A stretch of 64,000 nt of DNA from Eledone cirrhosa (lineage: Eukaryota), in NCBI GenBank assembly GCA_964016885.1, contig OZ024743.1, forward strand, positions 375,224,001-375,288,000, given 5' to 3'. Positions 28,954 through 42,939 of this stretch are shown here, in pieces. Positions within the stretch are counted from its first letter, which is position 1. The number at the start of each line of letters is the position of its first letter. The translations under genes and the position numbers were made by a program. The notes beneath the pieces were generated by a model. The model was not told where the DNA came from. It saw only the letters and a program-made list of their open reading frames with translations, and did not search any database.

Positions 28954-29024
28954 TATTTTATCTGATGAAAACACAAATGTTATTGCATGATGATATTTGT
29001 TTTTGAAATGCGCATAATAAAATA
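28954..29024 (+). ncRNA. Minimal type I hammerhead ribozyme (PLE 3' end)
   Basis: TATTTTAT-CTGATGA-AAA(C)ACAAATGTTATT gcat GATGATATTTGT(T)TTT-GAAA-TGCGCA-TA-ATAAAATA. Intact core, 8-bp stem I, palindromic stem III. Confidence 0.9.
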
Positions 29025-29054
29025 CATGGAACTCTTTTAACCATCTTTTGATCT

Positions 29055-29132
<78 letters not shown>

Positions 29133-29169
29133 TATATATATACATACACACACACACACACACACATAC

Positions 29170-29414
29170 ACACACCGTCATAATGTCGTAATGCAGACAG
29201 CCAGACATACAGACAGATATTATAAAGGCGCAACGTTATATCTATGTATCTATCTATGCGGTCCCTAGGGCATTGAAAATTTGAAATTTTGTTTTCTCAA
29301 AACACTCACAGGACCATAAGTATTACATGTGTAATGTTTGAAAACAATAGGTTGCGTGGTTCTCGAGTTTTATGGAGTCAGACAGACAGACATTCTCTGT
29401 TTTAGATATGTAGA
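29170..29414 (-). mobile_element. Non-autonomous Helitron 5' part (continues at 26083-26190)
   Basis: Homologous to 56755-57020. Minus strand starts TCTACATATCTAAAACAGAGAATGTCTGTCTG. Confidence 0.7.
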
Positions 29415-30669
29415 TTGTGTATATCTTATGTTCGTCAACATTCTTTCGTCACACACTATGATCTTATTGATGACTCTATTCTCTCGTGCATTTCCTCCAG
29501 TATTCACTTATGTCATACTTTGTTCACCTTTCAGAACTTTATTTCGTATTTTACGCTATTTATATTTCTGTTATGCTGTATGGTGTGCGCCTGTGTGCGC
29601 CTGTGCATAGGTATGTGTTTTATTAAGCTATATTTATGACCCTTCCAAATTACAATATCTATTTTAACAGACGCTTTTTCATCAAGGAACTTGCAAAACA
29701 AATGCAGAAAGGAAATTTTATATTAGTTTCAGAAATTTCTGGAATCAGTATTAAAGATAATATATATTATGATGAAGGAATCTCCTTTTAAATCATAGCT
29801 ACGTGTTTAAGAAATCCTCTTTGCAACCCCGTGGTTTCGTGTTCAGTCCCACTGCTTGGAGCCTTGAGCAAATGTCTTCTATAGATACAGATTAACCAAT
29901 GCCTTGAGGAAATTTAGGCGTGCTTTGGTTTCGGTTCTTTCTTTTTGTTGTCATGTTGTATATTTTAAATATTACCCCTCCTTTATCTCCAGTTATAGGG
30001 TTTCCTTTCCTGTTTCATTTAAAATTGGGAACCCTTTTCTGTTACTGTCTTATGTGTTTACCATGTTTCTTTTGGCTTCGTTATTCCTATCTTTATAGAT
30101 CTAATGTTGTATACACTTTATTTATATAGATCTAATGATGTACACATAATATATGCTGTTGTATATATTATGTCACTTTGTCCTTTGGTAGAAATGTTTA
30201 TGTTTGTGTTAAGTCAATGATGGCCAGGATAGCGATTTTTATAGTAGTTGATATTTTATCGTGGAGTTTTATACCTTTGGAAGATACTTTTGTTGGTTTA
30301 TAGGAAGATCTATTCTTTGTAATTCTTAGATTATTTCCATCTTTATACTAATGTGGTCGTGATCTCCAGTGGTACTTTCCTTTTTGGAGGAAGAAGTGGT
30401 ACTTTTATTTTAAATGCCTTCATTTTCATTGTGTATCGGTTTGTTTTTATCTCTGTAAAGGCTTCGTACGTTTTATTCGTTACATTCAAAATCACATACT
30501 TTTGTATTCTTCTCAGCTATGGGCTGAAAGGTATAGTGTTTATTTCAGTACTTTCTCGCGTCTGCCGTGTCTGTGGTAGTATTGTATTTCTCTCCATAGC
30601 TCACTATACATATTGTATATAGGTTATTCGAGTAAAGTGAACCCTTCTAATACAACAATTATTAGTTGT

Positions 30670-31125
30670 AATAATTGTTTCTACTTTAGGCAAAAGGCCA
30701 TCAATTGTTTGGGAGGGGAAAGTCGCTTAAATCAACCCAAGTGCATTACTGGTACTTTTATCGACCCCGTAAGGATGAAAGGGAAAGTTAACCTCGGCTG
30801 GATTTGAACTCAGATCGTAAAGGGGCGTCACCCTATACCATAAAGCATATTTTCCGATGCTTTACCGATAGTGCCAATCTACCACCCTTGAGTTGTAATA
30901 ATGATTTCTAGTATAGACACAAGGCCAGTCATTTTGGATGGATTTGAACTCAGGCCGTAAAGGACCGTAACTCTATGCTTGCAAAGCATGGTGTCCCTTG
31001 AGTTGTAATAATCGTTTCTACTTTAGGCACAAGGCCAGCAATTTGGAGGGGAGAGGAAAGTCGATTAAATCGAATGCCGCAAAGCATGTTGTCCGTCGCT
31101 CTACCGATACTGCCAATCTGCTGCA
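30670..31125 (-). mobile_element. Tandem array of three SINE S1 copies (two deleted)
   Basis: Repeated tails TTTCTACTTTAGGCACAAGGCCAG and heads TACCGATA.TGCCAATC. Confidence 0.8.
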
Positions 31126-32849
31126 CTATTGAGTTGTAATAATGAATATTTTATATGTTTATTACTTACATGCTTCTGTTTGTTATTAGTAACTATCCGT
31201 TTAATTGATGATTTCAAATCCCGCCAGAGTCAATTTTGTCTTTCATCCTTTCGGGGTCGAAAAAATAAATACCAGTCCAGTACTGGGGTCGATTCTTACT
31301 CTATATCTCTTTCTCACTTCCTCTCTTTCACCTCTCTTTCTCTCCTTCTTTGGAAGAAATCGTTGGTGTTCAGACCAGGGAAAAGATAGGTTTCATCAAG
31401 AGTTACGAGTGCAAACATACATGCATACATATATACATACATGATGGCTGCCCCCTCGTCATCGAGTATGGCCATTGCACGATATACCATTATTAATAAT
31501 TATTAATTAATTCTATCGTGCAATGCCTGTGCGTGAAGATATTTTTTAAAGTGAGGAAAGACTGTGCACTGAGCCAATCCCACTCTCTGAGCGACAGTAG
31601 CTATAACCCGAAAAGAAGAAAAGATCAACATCATCCGTAACTCCTGAGTCGCAGGTTTTATGTCGGAGTTATCCCAGTTTCCTGAGTTGTCTTCTCCTAG
31701 AAGAATGCCCTGACAAAGGCTAGGGGTCCTTCACTCCCAGTGGTTTAACCGCGCGATCAGGTGTCCAGCCCGATTATTTTTATGTCCCCGCGCATATACA
31801 TACACATGCACCCATGTATATACACATATATATATACATACATATGTACATGTGTATATACATATTTACACACCTTTGGATGGCCGTTGACTCTTATGAG
31901 TTCTTCCGCCCTTTGTCAGGTTTTGATTTTGTCCTGCAGGGTGTCCAAAATCACCCTCCTCACCAAGTTAACTTGGTGTGGTTGCCGACAGGCTGTACTG
32001 GGTTACATGTTACCAGTAGCACTCAAGAGTGACTCGACATGCATACATACATACACATTCCAAAAATTCTGTATCTAATAATTGCATGTACACATGAAGA
32101 TACAAAGCATATGCACAAAACATACACATCCACAGACAATAACATCCATAACTGCACACATACATGCACACATACATGCATACATATCTACCTAGTTGAT
32201 GTTGTGTAAATTCTTGTATCTATGTTAGAAACCGACTCCCTCTCTATTGGTAAAAATTTATAAAATTATAAAACTAAAAGAACATATATACATGGATACA
32301 TACATACATACATTACATACATACATATAAACACACATATACAAACAGATGCGCACACACACACACACATACACACACACACACATACACATACACACAC
32401 AAGCACACATACATGCATGCAAACACATTCAATCAAACACACAAACACATACATACATACATACATACATACATACATACATACATACATACATACATAC
32501 ATACATACATACATACATACATACATACATACATACATACATACATACATACATACATACATACATACAGCAGTAGGTTTCATTTGTTGTAATTGTTATT
32601 CTTCTATTTCATTCACTGATCGTACTTTAAAGACACCTAGTGCCAACAAAGTCTGTAATATGGTATACACGAGTCGTACATAAAATATGCTTTCCACTAG
32701 GTTTGTTGGTTCCTCTCTAACATATCATTGTTTTGGGGTTAAATTTGCTTTTCCTCTTGGTGATGTTAAGAGATTTATTTTCAAATGATGCGGAGAGCCA
32801 TATTATAGACGTCCATGATGTTATTCTACCTGATCCCATTATTATTGTG

Positions 32850-33300
32850 TGCGGTGGATTGGCAGTATCGGTAGAGGGTCGGACACCATGCTTTGTAGCA
32901 TAGAGTTATGCCCCTTTACGGTCTGAATTCAAATCCCGTCGAGGTTAACTTTGCCTTTCATCCTTACAGGATCGATAAAATAAAGCACCAGTAACGTACT
33001 GGGGTCGATTTAACCCCCCAAATTACTGGCCTTGTGCCTATATTATAAATCATAATTATTAAGCTTACCTCGGCGGGATTTGAACTCTTTACATTCTGAG
33101 TTAAAATACCCTCGAGGTTAGCTTTACCTTTCACCCTTACCGGGTCAATAGGGTACCAGTGATACACTAGAGTCGATTTAATACACTTTCCCCTCCCCTT
33201 AAAATTGTCGGTAGAACGTCGGATACCATGCTTCACAGCATATAGTTACGATCCTTTAAGTTCTGAGTTCAAACCCCGTCGAGATTAGCTTTGTTTTAGG
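32850..33300 (+). mobile_element. Cluster of SINE S1 copies and fragments
   Basis: Full head at 32850 and further B-box/central-domain copies at about 33095 and 33262. Confidence 0.8.
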
Positions 33301-34420
33301 GGTATTGAGTCCAAAGCTCCAATAACAACTGGAATTATTTAATGTTGTAATGTGGTATTGAGCACTTTCGTGTAATTTCCATATTCAAGTCAGTATATTT
33401 GGTTATTTCTTTCAAGACTATGTTGTGGTCTCCTGGAATGGTAACATCAATAATCTGGTATTCACAAATATTTCTGTGAATAACAATAACATCAGGTCTG
33501 TTGTGTTCAAGTCAGCGGGCCGTTTGAAAAGTGATGTCCCAAAGTATTTTGAATTTGTCTCAGTCATCAAGGACACTTTGGGTCATGCTGGTGCCACTTA
33601 TCGGGCATCTGATATCCATATTTTGCAACTAACCAATGAAGGTATATACAAGCCTATCATATCTTCTTGTAAATTCTTTTAAGCTGGCATTTTGCACCAG
33701 CTCATTATGTGGGTGACACCTTCTGTATTAATTCCACATAGACGCCACTTCACACTTTCACACAGATAATATATTCCTTGGTCACCAATTAGAACTTAAA
33801 GTTTGGTCTTGAACTGATATCAGCAGTGCTTCAGTTTACCATTTTAGATCACTATGGGAGAACCCATCCATGACAGTTCACTCTTTAACTCAGCCATTTG
33901 TATTCAAATTAGCCATGCAATGTCTTTCCAAGTATTGCTTCTTTTCTCTACTGAGACTCGTCTCTGTAACTCTTCTTTACTTTCCATGTTTCCCTTTTCT
34001 ACGCTATACTATATAAGTCTTTCGGTAATATTTATCAGGTAGTAATTAATGGTCCGCCTCTCATTTGCAATACATTCTGTAACACCTATTATAACCCTTT
34101 TCCTTCAACCGTACCTTTCATGTACAGACAATTTATACTTACTTTCGAATGTAATGCCTTATGCATTTTTCTTGTTCTCATCAACCTCAGCTTTATTCAT
34201 CTTGTTGATCTAGTACTGTACCGTATCACAGATACAACCCAGGTGTTTACTGCAAGAATCAAGTTACTTGTATATTGTTTTAGTATATAATTCTTTTTTT
34301 TTTACATTGCTTTTCATTGGCCCGTGAAATGTTTCATCAATCTCCAGAATTCACCGATATTTGAACCCGTCATCAGTTGAATCACACTCAGCTGTTCTCT
34401 AGATAGTAAAATCGATGACA
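33295..34420 (-). pseudogene. Decayed R4/Dong-like non-LTR retrotransposon
   Basis: Minus-strand remnants AVNTWVVSVIRY, RLCG, KILWD, RPDVIV and IPVVIGALDSIP, with many stops and frameshifts. Confidence 0.65.
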
Positions 34421-34499
34421 AATGTAGCATTTTGCGACCATAACTCGCATGACTGTTTCCTCACTGTACCTTCGGACTACCTGCACTAGCGATTCTAGA

Positions 34500-35693
34500 G
34501 TTAGTCATCATGATGGTATGTTAGTCGTCATGATGGTATGTTAGTCGTCATGATGGTATGTTAGACGTCATGATGGTATGTTAGTCGTCATGATGGTATG
34601 TTAGTCGTCATGATGGTATGTTAGTCGTCATGATGGTATGTTAGTCATCAAGATGGTATGTTAGTCATCATGATGGTATGTTAGTCATCATGATGGTATG
34701 TTAGTCATCAAGATGGTATGTTAGTCATCATGATGGTATCTAGTCGTCATGATGGTATGTTAGTCGTCATGATGGTATGTTAGTCATCATGATCGTATGT
34801 TAGTCGTCATGATGGTATGTTAGTCGTCATGATGGTATGTTAGTCATCATGATGGTATGTTAGTCGTCAAGATGGTATTTAATCATCTTGATGGTATGTT
34901 AGTCGTCAAGATGGTATTTAATCATCTTGATGGTATGTTAGTCGTCAAGATGGTATTTAATCATCTTGATGGTATGTTAGTCGTCATGATGGTATGTTAG
35001 TCGTCATGATGGTATGTTAGTCGTCATGATGGTATGTTAGTCATCATAATGGTATGTTAGTCGTCATGATGGCATGTTAGTCATCATGATGGTATGTTAG
35101 TCATCATGATGGTATGCTATCGTCAAGATGGTATGTTAGTCGTCAAGATGGTATGTTAGTCATCATGATGGTATGTTAGTCATCATGATGGTATGTTAGT
35201 CATCATGATGGTATGTTAGTTGTTACGATGATATTTAGTCGTCATGGTGGTATGTTAGTCATCATGATGGTATTTGGTCAACATGATGGTATGTTAGTCA
35301 TCATGATGGTATTTAGTCATCATGATGGTATGTTAGTCATCATGATGGTATTTAGTCAACATGATGGTATGTTAGTCATCACGATGGTATGTTAGTCGTC
35401 CAGATGGTATGTTAGTCATCACGATGGTATGTTAGTCGTCAAGATGGTATGTTAGTCATCATGATGCTATCTAGTCGTCAAGATGGTATGTTAGTCATCC
35501 CGATGGTATCTAGTCGTCATGATAGTATGTTAGTCATCATGATAGTATGTTAGTCGTCAAGATGACATCTAGTCGTCATGATGGTATGTTAGTCATCATG
35601 ATGGTATCTAGTCGTCATGATAGTATGTTAGTCATCATGGTGGTATGTTAGTCGTCAAAATGGTATGTTAGTCATCACGATGGTATGTTAGTC
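34500..35693 (+). repeat. 20-bp minisatellite (roughly 60 copies)
   Basis: Unit TTAGTC(G/A)TCATGATGGTATG, with 19-bp variants. Confidence 0.95.
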
Positions 35694-36618
35694 TAAGCAC
35701 GTTAGTATCACGCCATCTCCACTCAATCATATCTGATGCACTCGTCCCCAACCCCTCCTATCACTATTATATTCAACATACTGTGCCCTGCACTAACCAC
35801 AACATCCAGTCTTTCCTCCCCCTTAACATATGCTTTCTATATCTCCCTCCTTCTCCATGAACAGTATTGATCTCCCCGGTCTCAGACCTACCACAGATCT
35901 TACACAGAAATTCTGTATCAAGTCCTTCCATGTATTTTATTCCCTCAAAACAGTTTTAATCGTTGTCATAATTGTGTATTCTATTTTCGAGCCACTCTGC
36001 CTAGTATTCCCATTTGGTGGCTGTCGTTATATAAGATGCGTTATAAAAAAGCACCTGATGTTTATTAGTTTACGTTACCTTAGAAAAAAGAAATATATAG
36101 TATTTAGGGCAGAACCTTTGAGAAGAGAATGGAATATATAAAAAGACACGTATTTGTAAATTGATATGGTAAAAAAAACAGTCGTTTAATTCTTCTGCTG
36201 TGATATGAAGACAAAGTAAACGAGAAGCGTATGCTGTTAAAAAAAAAGTAAGTTCGCTTCAAAATAGATATTGCTTCTTACATTCACCCAATTCTTCGGG
36301 CTATGTAGGTGGTAAACAAGCTATAGTAAAAAGTACCCAGGGAATTTAGTATAATACTACACATTCCAAGGTCGTCAGTTCGAATCAACTTAAAGTGTTT
36401 CGTTGTTTCTGGGTAATATACTCAATTCTAAATTGATTTGTTTTGTCTGACTCTAGGCTTTATATACCATAACATCTGGTTATGTTAACTAACTTAGACT
36501 GGAGCCTTAGTCTTAGTTCGTGTAGCTTTCTATCAAGAATCGAGCGAGAAGTTTCTGTAGCAACTTAAGTGTGGAAGACAGTGTTGTTAGCGTTGTGTTA
36601 CATCAATTTGGCTTTTTT

Positions 36619-36746
<128 letters not shown>

Positions 36747-37049
36747 AAAGAATAGAGGTGTAACACACAAGTTATTATATATTGTTAAACGGAATAGAAA
36801 ATGCTGACAAATTGTTCACAGTTGAAAAATGGTTTAATTAGGAATAAAAGAGTATTAGTAAAAATCAATTTTTTACATTCACATGACCTCTACCGACCAA
36901 TCAAAATTGTTTTGACCACAAGAATTTTTGCAACACCAAAGTGTAAATCAGACAAAGTTGGAATTCCTTTTATTAATATAATCTTTTATACACAATCATA
37001 CACACCCGTGTATATTTATTTATATATATATCTATATATATATATATAT

Positions 37050-37173
37050 AGGAAAATGTTTGACCACGACAGCAGAGCTCAATCCGTTTCGACAGCTATT
37101 TCTGAACTCCAGTATTACCCACTCTACTACCCTAAGTATTGAGTACTCTGGTTCCTTACCACACCTCCTTCGT
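37050..37173. mobile_element. Family A element, short copy
   Basis: GGAAAATGTTTGACCACGAC..CCGTTTCGAC plus inverted tail ending CCTTCGTT(AT)n. Confidence 0.7.
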
Positions 37174-37339
37174 TATATATATATATATATATACTTTAAA
37201 TTTTAGATAAAGAAGATTGAAACCCTACCTCCAATCTATACATACATAACGCATGCAAAGATACACCACTATTACCCACACAGCCACCTACAGACCTACA
37301 CAACAAACACCGGACAACAGAGGCCACGTACCGTTCCTC

Positions 37340-37597
37340 TCCGAGAGATACCCCTCTCCCCCCCGCCGCCGGAACCCCCCCCCCCCACAGTTGATGTATG
37401 CGAATCCGAAATTTAGCGACATTTAAATCTCTCCCAAGGTAACTCTATTTCGTGTTATTATTTTTATTCTTTACGTTCTTTCCTACGTTCCTCTACACAC
37501 TACATCCCATTCTACACTTCCTTACATCTCTCTCTTCACCACCGGATTCTGTTACCCGGAGATTTACCCATCTGCATTGTTGAGGCTTCCAAAACGA

Positions 37598-37600
<3 letters not shown>
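37340..37600 (+). mobile_element. Family B element, single arm
   Basis: Reverse-complement homologue of 8700-8950, ending AAAACGACC(AT)n. Confidence 0.75.
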
Positions 37601-37660
<60 letters not shown>

Positions 37661-37662
<2 letters not shown>

Positions 37663-37880
37663 GGAAAATGTTCAAGACCCCGACGGGAGAGCACAAGCCG
37701 TTTCAACGGCTATTTCTGGACGCAGACGGCTATTTCTGGCGTCCAGAAATAGCCATAGAATCGGCTTGAGCTCTGCCATCGGGGTCTTGAACATTTTCCT
37801 ATTACCCACTCTACTATCCTAAGTATTGGGTACTCTGGTGCGTTATGGTCCATCGGGTTCCTTACCACACTTCCTTCGTT
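37661..37880. mobile_element. Family A element with inverted arms
   Basis: 37661-37720 is inverted against 37741-37801; tail runs to CCTTCGTT. Confidence 0.8.
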
Positions 37881-37905
37881 ATATATATATATGTGTGTAT
37901 GTATG

Positions 37906-37936
<31 letters not shown>

Positions 37937-38452
37937 GTATGTATGTATGTATGTATGTATGTATGTATGTATGTATGTATGGACGCATGGATGGATGGGT
38001 AGACGGGTGGTTTTGGTTGTATGGATTCGTAGGGTTACCGTAGTGACATACAGTGTGCCTTTGGCATGTTAAACCTGGCGGAGCTCATCTCTTCTACAGG
38101 TTTGGACACATTTGATTTCTTCTAGAGAGAGAGGTAGAGAGAGAGTGTGTGTGAGTGAAAGAGAGCGAGAAAGGTGGAGAGAGAGTGATCGAGAGGAAGC
38201 GAGAAAGAATCAGCCCCAGTACTGGGCTGGTACATTTTACCTCAAGTATCAGGTAAACTAAAAGGAAAGATTTGCATATAAACAACACGCGCGCGTGTAT
38301 GTGTGTGTGCGTGTGTGTGCATCTATATATACACTGAAACAAAAAATTCCTAACAAAGAATCAAACATAAAAGAATCATAAACATAAAAGAATCAAATTC
38401 CCATTGTCACTGCCTCCGTCTCTCCTGCTCTCATAATCTCTCACTATATTAA

Positions 38453-38635
38453 GCAAATGGAGGCCCACGCATTGAGCGCACCGACATACAGAATATATAA
38501 GGCGTTTCCCCGGAAGATGGCGGGGAAGACACATCAGAAGAGCCATTCCAGCTCGCGATCCACACATTTGCGGGTAGCCAACTCCGTGCCGATGGAGGTG
38601 AGTAGGGAGGTGGTTCTAGGGACAAGGACACCAGA
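38453..38635 (-). mobile_element. CRE-like non-LTR retrotransposon 3' fragment
   Basis: GVLVPRTTSLLTSIGTELATRKCVDRELEWLF*CVFPAIFRGNALYIL; homologous to 7262-7445. Confidence 0.65.
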
Positions 38636-38639
38636 AGTC

Positions 38640-38812
38640 TCTGTAAGGTCGGACACCATGCTTTGCAGAATAGAGTTATGCCCCTTTACGGTCCGAGTTC
38701 AAATCCCGCCGAGGTTAACTTTGCCTTTCATCCTTACGGGGTCAATAAAATAAAGCACCAGTAATGCGCTGGAGTAATTGCTGGCCTTGTGCCAAAAAGT
38801 AGAAACAATTAT
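38640..38812 (+). mobile_element. SINE family S1, 5'-truncated
   Basis: B box, central domain and tail present. Confidence 0.85.
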
Positions 38813-41754
38813 TTATCAACTTCTAAAGGGTGAAAGGTAACGTTGACCTGTGAACTCAAACCTGTGAAACAAATCCCACGAAACATTCTAGCTGACGTTC
38901 TAACGACTCAGCCAATTCGCCTCCTATCTATTTCTTAAGGATATACTAAAAACGTATGATGTTTCTCGAACATTCGAAAACTTGCTTTGAAACGGGAAGT
39001 ACGATAAGCTCTTTTCTCCATAAAATACTAGATATCCGGTTGTTTTACATACTTTAACTCCATGAGAAACTGAATATTGTAGTGAAATATGTTTGGGATC
39101 GAGATTTTTATGGATAACATGGTACGAGTGAGCCAAAATATATGCATAATCATGGCTGTACTTTGGGGTCACATTATACACAACAATGTATTGTATTCAC
39201 ATTTATTTTATTTATCTAGCTTCAGAGATAGGTGTCACATTATACACAAGAATGTAATGTATTCCCGTTTGTTTTATTTATCTAGCTTCAGAGTCAGGTG
39301 TCACATTATACACAAAGATATAGTGTGTTTTTTTGTAAGAAAACAAAAAAAAAATGGATTGTACGAAGAAAACATGAAGTGTTGCCTTATAAATAATCTG
39401 TATGGTTATTTACTGTTAGGTGGAGCGGGTAATGTGATACTTACTCTCAGATCCCAAATAATATGGGGGTGGAGTAAGCGGGTGGGTTGGGCATGTGCTT
39501 TAATTCTTATAAGCGGGAGTGGTGTGGCATAAATGGCGGGGGGAAATCGGTAATTGTATAGTCTACGTTCGGGATTTCTTGTAATGTTTTTTTGTTATAT
39601 ATAATGGGTTTTTTAATGTAAAATGAATTTATTATTAGATTCTCCAGCTGCTGTATTGATATGAGTGACTTACAATAAAAATTCGAGATAGGTTAGCAAA
39701 ATTAATAAACGGGGGATGGGGACGATTATTGAAGACATGAGAGTAAGTACCCTGACTACAGATCAAATGCTGTGTTTCACAACATACGAACTAGATATTT
39801 TAGTTAGTTATTCATAATCCAATTGTTCCTATCACCACCACTACCATATAGTACTATCACTGCCTCCACGAGTACACATACATACTTTCTCATACCTCAC
39901 ACACTTCCACACATACCCCCATCACTGCCATCACATGCACACATACATAATCCTTCACATCTCACACATACCCACACATACCAAATACAATAGATATAAC
40001 AGGAAAATTGAAATCAATTTGCAGGCTCTGTTCGACTGTATGTATACTCTTCTACTGTCTTCAGTCATATGATGACATATACAGGACGGACTTCCGTATA
40101 GAATCTGCCTACGGAATTTCCCTCACAATGCATTGGTCAACCCGAGACTGTCATAGAAGTCATTTACCGATCACACCGGGCAGGACCAGTGGGACTGAAC
40201 CCGGGCATCGTGCTTACTAAACGAACTTCTTATCGACACAATCATGTCTGCTCCGATGTAATAAATAATATTTTTCAATGTTTTGTTGTTATGTCGATTA
40301 TATTAAATGATACAGTTATTTCAACATCAATCGGTAGTAGCAATCAATGGAGAAAACATTAAAATAATTAATAGTCTTCGATATTACACACGGCAATATA
40401 TTGGATAGTTAGTTCACGGGGCTGTGATCAAATCAATTGCGTCATATCAAACTGTTAAGTAACCGATGTAAGGTTCTGATTGAGGCAATCACTTCGTTTA
40501 AAGACGACTACTGAATATGAAAAATTGCTCGGCAGTTGTGGGGAAGAAAAGAGAAAATTTAAAACATTTAAGCTCAAATATAAAGGTCATGACCTCAATC
40601 TGAAAAAATATTGATATGAAATTGCTCGGAAAGAAGAAGAAAAAAAGAAAACAAGGAGGAAAATAATAAAAATGGTAAGAGAAAGAATGTTACAAAAATG
40701 AGATGAGATGAGATGAAAGAAGTCCATCTGACAGACACGTGTTTAAAAGTTGGCAATATGATTTCATGTAATTCATGTTTGTGTCACCCGCACCAATATA
40801 TAAAGCTCTCAATTCAGTCTTCAAAATATACTAAAATCAGCAGCTAAATCTTTCCCTGAATCACACCCTACTGTCTTAAAAACACTATGTTAAAATAAAC
40901 TGGATGGTCATCGCTGGATCGCCTATTATCACAGAAAAACTCTATTACAGCTAAACAACAATAAAAGAAGCCATGATTCAAAATATGCGTAAGTGGAGAC
41001 ATAAGTCTTTCTTTCATATCAATATTTAATCTCTGATATAAGTTCCAGCATACCAAGTGGGCGTGGACGTAAGAGACCTAGTGGTCAGGCTGTTGATCTC
41101 ACATTCATAAGGTCGTGGGTTCGATTCTCGAATAGGGTGAAGTATTCTGTTCCTGAGCAAAACACTTCATTTCACCTCGCACCAGTACACGTAGCTGAAT
41201 ACATTGCGTGTTAGCATTAGCATGTGTTTAAACCTTGAGATGGAGAAGACCGCAGATCAGGGTAGAATTCAATACATTATTAGGTGCAGAATTGGTATGG
41301 CAATTAGTAAAATCCTAACGGAGAGCCTAACGAAGTGGGCTCTCCGTTAGGATAATTAATATATGAGTGTGTGTGTGTGTGTGTGTGCGCGCGCGCGTGT
41401 GTCTATATGCGTGTATAAACATATATACATGACTGCTGCTCATTTAGAATGCACAGCGAAATCTGTTATGATGAAGGCCTACAGCAAAAATCATAACTCT
41501 CATCACTTGATATCGTTGAAATTATTACTTTAGGACTACAACGTTATTGGCCCTACCATAAACAGATTGATAGCAGTATATATATATAAAGCGTCCGTAT
41601 GCGGTAGGCCGTTTGAGCACTCGATGCTCTTACAGAGCAGAGTATAATATCACATGAGAAATTTCGCACCACTGATTCTCCGTTTCTTATGTGATATATA
41701 TATATATATGTATGTATGTATGCATGTATATATATACATGTGTATGTATGTATG

Positions 41755-41799
<45 letters not shown>

Positions 41800-41858
41800 C
41801 AAGGCTCTGATACCATCAACACTATAAACACAGAGCTGGCATATCTAAGAACTGATTA

Positions 41859-41914
41859 ACTGCCTGATGAGGTCATAGCCATTCAATGGCTATCATCGAA
41901 ATATATATAGCAGT
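41859..41914 (+). ncRNA. Minimal type I hammerhead ribozyme
   Basis: ACTGC-CTGATGA-GGT(C)ATAGCCAT tca ATGGCTAT(C)ATC-GAAA-TATATA-TA-GCAGT, followed by AAATAAA. Intact core. Confidence 0.9.
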
Positions 41915-42005
41915 AAATAAAGGATTATGAGTTCATGCAATTGACTTATGTTTCGTCACTATATATATATATATATAATTTCCCTACAATTTATCGAAGC
42001 GCGCT

Positions 42006-42042
<37 letters not shown>

Positions 42043-42525
42043 CATATGTTGGTTAATTTCCTATAACCGTAGAGTGCTCAACTTGTCGGGCTGGAAGATT
42101 CCAGTCACATATGTAAGATGTAGAATTTGCTTCGACCATTCCCCGTGGAGCTGTTTACATGAAGTATTTCCGTATTTCACGAAGACAAACGAGCTCAACA
42201 GAGACGTCTGAAATCGCTCATCAGAATGAAAAAATATATATATATAAGAGAGAGAGAGAGAGAGAGAGAAGCTTTCGCCGTATTTTTTACTAAAGAAACT
42301 TTTGCATTTTTTCCATTTCTTAGAGGGCTCTAAACCCCACTATCTGGCTAAAATTTCTTTAGTCAAAAACACAGCGAGAAGCTTCTATTTCTATTTTCAA
42401 AATCGCTGGCTTTTTCAAAACATACTTACTTGTCGTATAAATACATATGTATATATATATACATATATATAAATATATATACATGTATATACATATACAT
42501 ATATATAAATATATATACATGTATA

Positions 42526-42846
<321 letters not shown>

Positions 42847-42939
42847 CACACACAAATAAAGATGTATATATGTATATATATATATAAACGATATATATAT
42901 AAATATTTATATACATATATACATACATACATCACATCA

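Larger units (their letters stand above)
26287..29064 (+). mobile_element. Penelope-like retroelement (Neptune-type), 5'-truncated with inverted terminus
   Basis: RT plus Cys-rich linker plus GIY-YIG ORF, about 1 kb pyrimidine-rich 3' UTR, HHR at 28954-29024. 26287-26322 is the reverse complement of 29029-29064. Confidence 0.9.

Noticed and set aside
31440-32040. GC-richer islands resembling RTE-type LINE UTR derivatives
   Set aside because: Resemblance only; no coding or terminal evidence I can support.
42155-42232. Minus CTGATGA-GCG...CGT-GAAA candidate
   Set aside because: Stems I and III do not pair convincingly.
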